Positions 61,301 to 64,000 of a stretch of DNA of 64,000 nt are shown in pieces (position 1 is the first letter of the stretch; each line of letters opens with the position of its first letter). The position numbers and the translations under genes were made by a program. The notes beneath the pieces were generated by a model. That model searched no databases. It was given only the letters and a program-made list of their open reading frames with translations, and was not told the DNA's origin. The stretch is from Holophagae bacterium. Lineage in GTDB: Bacteria > Acidobacteriota > Thermoanaerobaculia > Thermoanaerobaculales > Thermoanaerobaculaceae. The DNA lies in NCBI GenBank assembly GCA_012516935.1, contig JAAYVZ010000046.1, forward strand, positions 21,441 to 85,440. Reading direction: 5' to 3'.

Positions 61301-62127
61301 GGTGTTGTGCCGGCGAAAGCCCTAATTTCGCCGGTCCGGAAATCCAGCCGGCCGAGCCCGTGCTCGGCTCCAACCCACAGGTGTCCGGCGCGGTCGAGGT
61401 GCAGTGCTCGCACGACGACCTGTGACCCTGCGGGGGAGCCCTGCGGTCGGGTGGGCAGAGTCCGGCATCGGCCCGTTGCCGGGTCGAGGCGAGCCAGACC
61501 GTGCTCGGTGCCGACCCAGATCGTGCCGTCGGCCGATTCGGCGAGCGACCAGACGTGATCGTTCGGCAGGCTCGCTGGGTCTGCGGGGTCGTGCCGGAAG
61601 GTGATGATCGCTCCACTCTCCGGGTCCAACCGCGACAGCCCGCCGCTGAAGGTCCCTGCCCAGATCAGTCCATGCCGGTCTTCGAGCAGCGTCTGGACGC
61701 GATTGTCGTGGAGGGCGTCCGGGCGCGAAGAGTCGGCCTCGATATGGACGAAGGTCTCGGTAGCCGGCTCGAAACGATCGAGGCCACCTCCCCACGTCGC
61801 CACCCAGAGCCGACCTCGGTGGTCAACCAGCACGCAGCTGATATCGTCTTCGGCCAACGAAGCCGGGGCGACGACATCGTGGGTGAAGACCCGTGTGCCG
61901 TACCCGTCGAAGCGATTGAGGCCCTGCTCGGTGCCGAGCCAGATGTAGCCCTGGCGGTCCTGCACGATGGCATAGACGGTGTCGTGCGAGAGACCCTGCT
62001 CGGAGCCGACGCGTCGGAACCGCACCGAGACGGAAGGGAGCTCGAAGACAGCCGCCGCCGCGAGGCTGCCCAGCCCCCCCAGCACGCCGGCCAGGGCGAG
62101 GATCCACATCCACCCGCTTCGCCGCAC
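58354..62127 (-). CDS. sensor histidine kinase with large periplasmic two-component-regulator beta-propeller (Reg_prop / Y_Y_Y) domain
   Basis: 1257 aa. Signal/TM, many W/G-rich propeller repeats (...LWVGT..GL..), a Y_Y_Y-like region, TM, GAF-like region, HisKA (AAHDLRNPL), HATPase_c ([16 protein letters not shown]). No receiver domain. Confidence 0.85.
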   Translation of the reverse strand: MRRSGWMWILALAGVLGGLGSLAAAAVFELPSVSVRFRRVGSEQGLSHDTVYAIVQDRQGYIWLGTEQGLNRFDGYGTRVFTHDVVAPASLAEDDISCVLVDHRGRLWVATWGGGLDRFEPATETFVHIEADSSRPDALHDNRVQTLLEDRHGLIWAGTFSGGLSRLDPESGAIITFRHDPADPASLPNDHVWSLAESADGTIWVGTEHGLARLDPATGRCRTLPTRPQGSPAGSQVVVRALHLDRAGHLWVGAEHGLGRLDFRTGEIRAFAGTTPEARTLAQAPVNVIRQVASGDLWIGTNRQGLFRIAAATGEVTRFVNDPVREASLVNNDVRALWEDTSGVLWIGSRGGGASLLDLKPPKFLHVQRDPLDPGSLSDSRVSAIVRDRHGALWVGTLGGLDRYDPSRRAFEHFRSRTGDPGALPADNIRSLIEDRSGTLWVGTWRGGLSRFDRERGRFETLGLSPRLPGTLIDDRVNTLHEDARGRLWVGTQGGVSVLAADRRSLTHYRHQPDDPDTLSDSFAWVMVSDLAGVVWVGTDAGGLNRLDPSSGRWEAFRAGPPPEGLPSNRVRALHLAADGTLWVGTAGGLATFDVGNRTFRHWGEADGLPDSTVVDITADTRGQLWLSTNRGLCRLEPTTGEVRLFTQSDGLQSNLLSGGSAHRDAAGWIFIGGPNGFNLFNPMSVSSNTHVPPVVLRSFSRQGRPVSFGTPLACLERVELRHNESSFTIEFAALDYTDPERNRFRYLLEGFDSDWTDAGTTSSAAYTHVAPGRYVLRVKGANNDGVWNEQGVTLPIVVLPPFWGTWWFRALAAVALVSLLAGAYAWRVRWLKADRRRLEELVAARTAELVSKQEQLEKINSIVRAINSEMAFDNLVQALLEQMLIIQGAERIAVLFAERDRPLMRFVAATAPPLAELAGIELSPEEAEARYVADSEQIDEDLFAARNVKGRPGEEKFIGLELPAAMLVMRLRIGGRIEGYLLCASMTDPDAFAQRDIQLLSSLKEHIQAAFAKTRMLGELQVLNDKKNEFLGFAAHDLRNPLGLISGWTGLAVRNLETGTQPVSRVVADLERVLKVADQMNQIVAELLDISAIESGKLRLEPRPQDLRAILEECEQLYAHLAAKKGIELGLEPGPPLPPIAADHRRVVEVMANLLSNAVKYTHPGGCVRIRCEPQSGEAVTHVEDTGQGLTPEDLAVVFKRFGKLSAKPTAGEPSTGLGLAIAKKIVELHGGRIWVTSERGKGSTFSFSLPVATRI

Positions 62128-62141
62128 GACAGAATTTTACG

Positions 62142-64000
62142 TCACTCTCCCGGAGGCTCCGTGCGTCCGAACACGCGCGCCGAGAGGATACGGAGCTGGG
62201 CGCGCACCGCCTGGTCACGCGCAGCGGCCGCGTCGCGCCAGACCTCGGCTGGCGCCGCGAACGGGTTGGCCTGAGCCCGCATCGCCCAGAGGATTCGGAA
62301 GTTGTCGAGCCAAGTGCGCTCGCGGCTGTACAACCGCCCCGAGCGATACTCCACCTCCGGGAAGTCGTCCACGTGGGGAAGCACGTCCTCGACCAGCGCC
62401 GCCACCTCACGAGGGCCGAGCAGGAGCATGGAAGCCAGGGCGCTTTGGGAGCGGGCGCCAGCCTCGGCCAGTGTCGGCTGGAGCCGAGGGGCGTTGAGCT
62501 GCTCCCAGCGCACCGACATCGGCCCGGCGCTGGCGGTACCGGTGACGACCGTGAACTCGTTGAGCGTGATCGGGTCGTACCATACCGCAGCGCCAGGAAA
62601 GACCTCCCAGAACGCCCGCAGGATGCCGAGGAACGAAGTCTCCGACAGGGAGTACAGCGGCAGCCACATGGAGATCACTCCGCCCTCCGTGAGATGGTCG
62701 CGGCACATCTGGAAGTACTCGCGGGTGTAGAGGGTCGAGTTGCCGGCGAAGACCGGGTGAATCGAGTCGGAGAGAATGGCGTCCCACTTCTCGGCGCTGG
62801 CGAGGAGCACGTTGCGACCGTCGTTGAGCAGCACCCGCACCCGTGGGTCGTGCAGGACCCCGAAATTGATCTCTCCGAACACCTGATCCGAGACCGCCAG
62901 GACCTCCCGGGAGATCTCCGCGATATCGATGCGATCGACGTCGTGGCGCGAGACCGCGTACGCGGTGCCACCCGAGCCGAAGCCGATGTGCAGAACCCGC
63001 CGTGGCGAGGGGTGGAGCAGGAGCGGCAGGTGGCCCTGCAGGCGTTGGATCGCGCGCAGCTCGACCGAGGTGCCGGCGACGTTGACGCCGTTGAGCTCGA
63101 GCGACCGCCACACGCCTCGAGCATCGGAGATCCGGCGCACCACGACGGTGGCTGAAGCACTCTCGGCGAGCGTTTCGAGCTCACCCTCCCTGATGATGTC
63201 GGCGCCCCGCAGCACGAGGCCGTCAGGCAGCACCGCCACGGCCACCAGGGCCGTCGTTGCCAGCCCAACCCCCACGACCCGGACCGTCCGACTGCCTGCC
63301 AGCAACACCGCAGCCAGTGCGGAGGTGCCGGCGAAGATCAGAAGCAGTCGCTGGCTGCCGACCAGTGGCACGAGGATGAGCGGGGCGAGGACCGTGCCGA
63401 TGATCGCCCCGCCCGTGTTGGCCGTTGCGACCAACCCCGTCTTGGTGCCCGCGTCTGCCTTTGCCGGCCAGGCCGCGACCGCGAGCGGAAAGCTCGCCCC
63501 GAACGCCATGGTGGGGCCGAGCAACAGCAGGGCCACGCCGCAACCCAGGACGAGCTGGGTGAGCGCGAATCCACTCGCTCCGAGCGCCCGGGCGAGCCAC
63601 TCGAGCAGGTCGGCGAAACGGGCAAATACGGGTATCTGCGCCAGCAACAGTGCGGCGGTGGCGAGCTGGCACCAGGCCAGCGCTGCCTGCGGGTTCGAGC
63701 GCACGCAGCGGGCCATGGCAGCGCCGAGGGCGATCCCCAGAAGGTAGATCGTGAGGATGAGGGCGAACGCGTACACGCGGGTGCCCAGGTGGAGCAGCAG
63801 CACGCGCGTCCACACGAGCTGCAGGGCGAGGGCGACGAAGCCGAACAGCGCCGGCCAGGCGAGCCAGACGCGGGGAGATGGCAACCGGTCGCTCGGCACC
63901 GGTGCGGCCGCCGCTGGAGGCAGGTGCTTCTCGGCCAGCCAGGCGAGCCCGGCAACGAGCAGCCCGAGCAGTGCGGCGACCGAGAGCGTCGCCCGTTCCC
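62142..64000 (-). CDS. fused multi-TM (MFS-like) domain / spermidine-synthase-like aminopropyltransferase; N-terminus extends beyond the window end
   Basis: The N-terminal ~220 aa form 6-7 TM helices. The C-terminus has the spermidine synthase fold (VLHIGFGSGGTAYAV...DAILSDSIHP). The reading frame stays open to base 64000 (…LSVAALLGLLVAGLAWL…), so the 5' end is outside the window. Confidence 0.7.
   Translation of the reverse strand, partial: ERATLSVAALLGLLVAGLAWLAEKHLPPAAAAPVPSDRLPSPRVWLAWPALFGFVALALQLVWTRVLLLHLGTRVYAFALILTIYLLGIALGAAMARCVRSNPQAALAWCQLATAALLLAQIPVFARFADLLEWLARALGASGFALTQLVLGCGVALLLLGPTMAFGASFPLAVAAWPAKADAGTKTGLVATANTGGAIIGTVLAPLILVPLVGSQRLLLIFAGTSALAAVLLAGSRTVRVVGVGLATTALVAVAVLPDGLVLRGADIIREGELETLAESASATVVVRRISDARGVWRSLELNGVNVAGTSVELRAIQRLQGHLPLLLHPSPRRVLHIGFGSGGTAYAVSRHDVDRIDIAEISREVLAVSDQVFGEINFGVLHDPRVRVLLNDGRNVLLASAEKWDAILSDSIHPVFAGNSTLYTREYFQMCRDHLTEGGVISMWLPLYSLSETSFLGILRAFWEVFPGAAVWYDPITLNEFTVVTGTASAGPMSVRWEQLNAPRLQPTLAEAGARSQSALASMLLLGPREVAALVEDVLPHVDDFPEVEYRSGRLYSRERTWLDNFRILWAMRAQANPFAAPAEVWRDAAAARDQAVRAQLRILSARVFGRTEPPGE

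Noticed and set aside
62089-62095. C7/G7 and G6 homopolymer runs (62089, 13355, 42170, 15667) as phase-variation sites
   Set aside because: Runs of 6-7 G/C encoding Gly-Gly or Pro-Pro are expected by chance at this GC content. Only the G9 tract at 22467 was kept as a finding.

Overview
This is a very GC-rich bacterial chromosomal segment (roughly 70% GC, strong GC3 codon bias, Arg/Ala/Gly-rich proteins). It comes from a diderm organism: it encodes LpxC, a DUF481 outer-membrane beta-barrel ending in Phe, and several lipoproteins. The core is housekeeping: gyrB (3' part), gyrA, transaldolase, a MocR-type regulator with pdxS, sthA, ispG, hslVU, dapF, aspS, glgB plus a GH57 enzyme, NfeD-flotillin, surE, PNP, a PDZ/GAF/GGDEF cyclase, a SNF2/SWIM helicase and a large beta-propeller sensor kinase. 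The most unusual element is a tightly packed, translationally coupled minus-strand island at about 33.1-42.1 kb. It begins with a T6SS-type VgrG spike and continues with an unknown 455-aa protein, a B12-binding radical SAM enzyme, a PAAR protein carrying a ~70-aa glycine-rich hydrophobic tail, a small zinc-ribbon protein, a second radical SAM enzyme (PqqE/anSME-like), a PqqD-like RRE fusion protein and a 299-aa hypothetical. That is a RiPP-style maturation toolkit inside a VgrG/PAAR cargo locus. Other notable items are a truncated CphA2-like cyanophycin synthetase divergent from a macro-domain gene, a receiver-domain::LpxC fusion, and an MBL hydrolase separated from an in-frame cupin domain by a single TGA. 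There is also a recurring TAGAAT(GC) -10 element, some of whose transcripts look leaderless. No rRNA, tRNA or CRISPR was seen by eye. The many long Arg/Pro/Gly-rich reverse-strand ORFs are high-GC artefacts.
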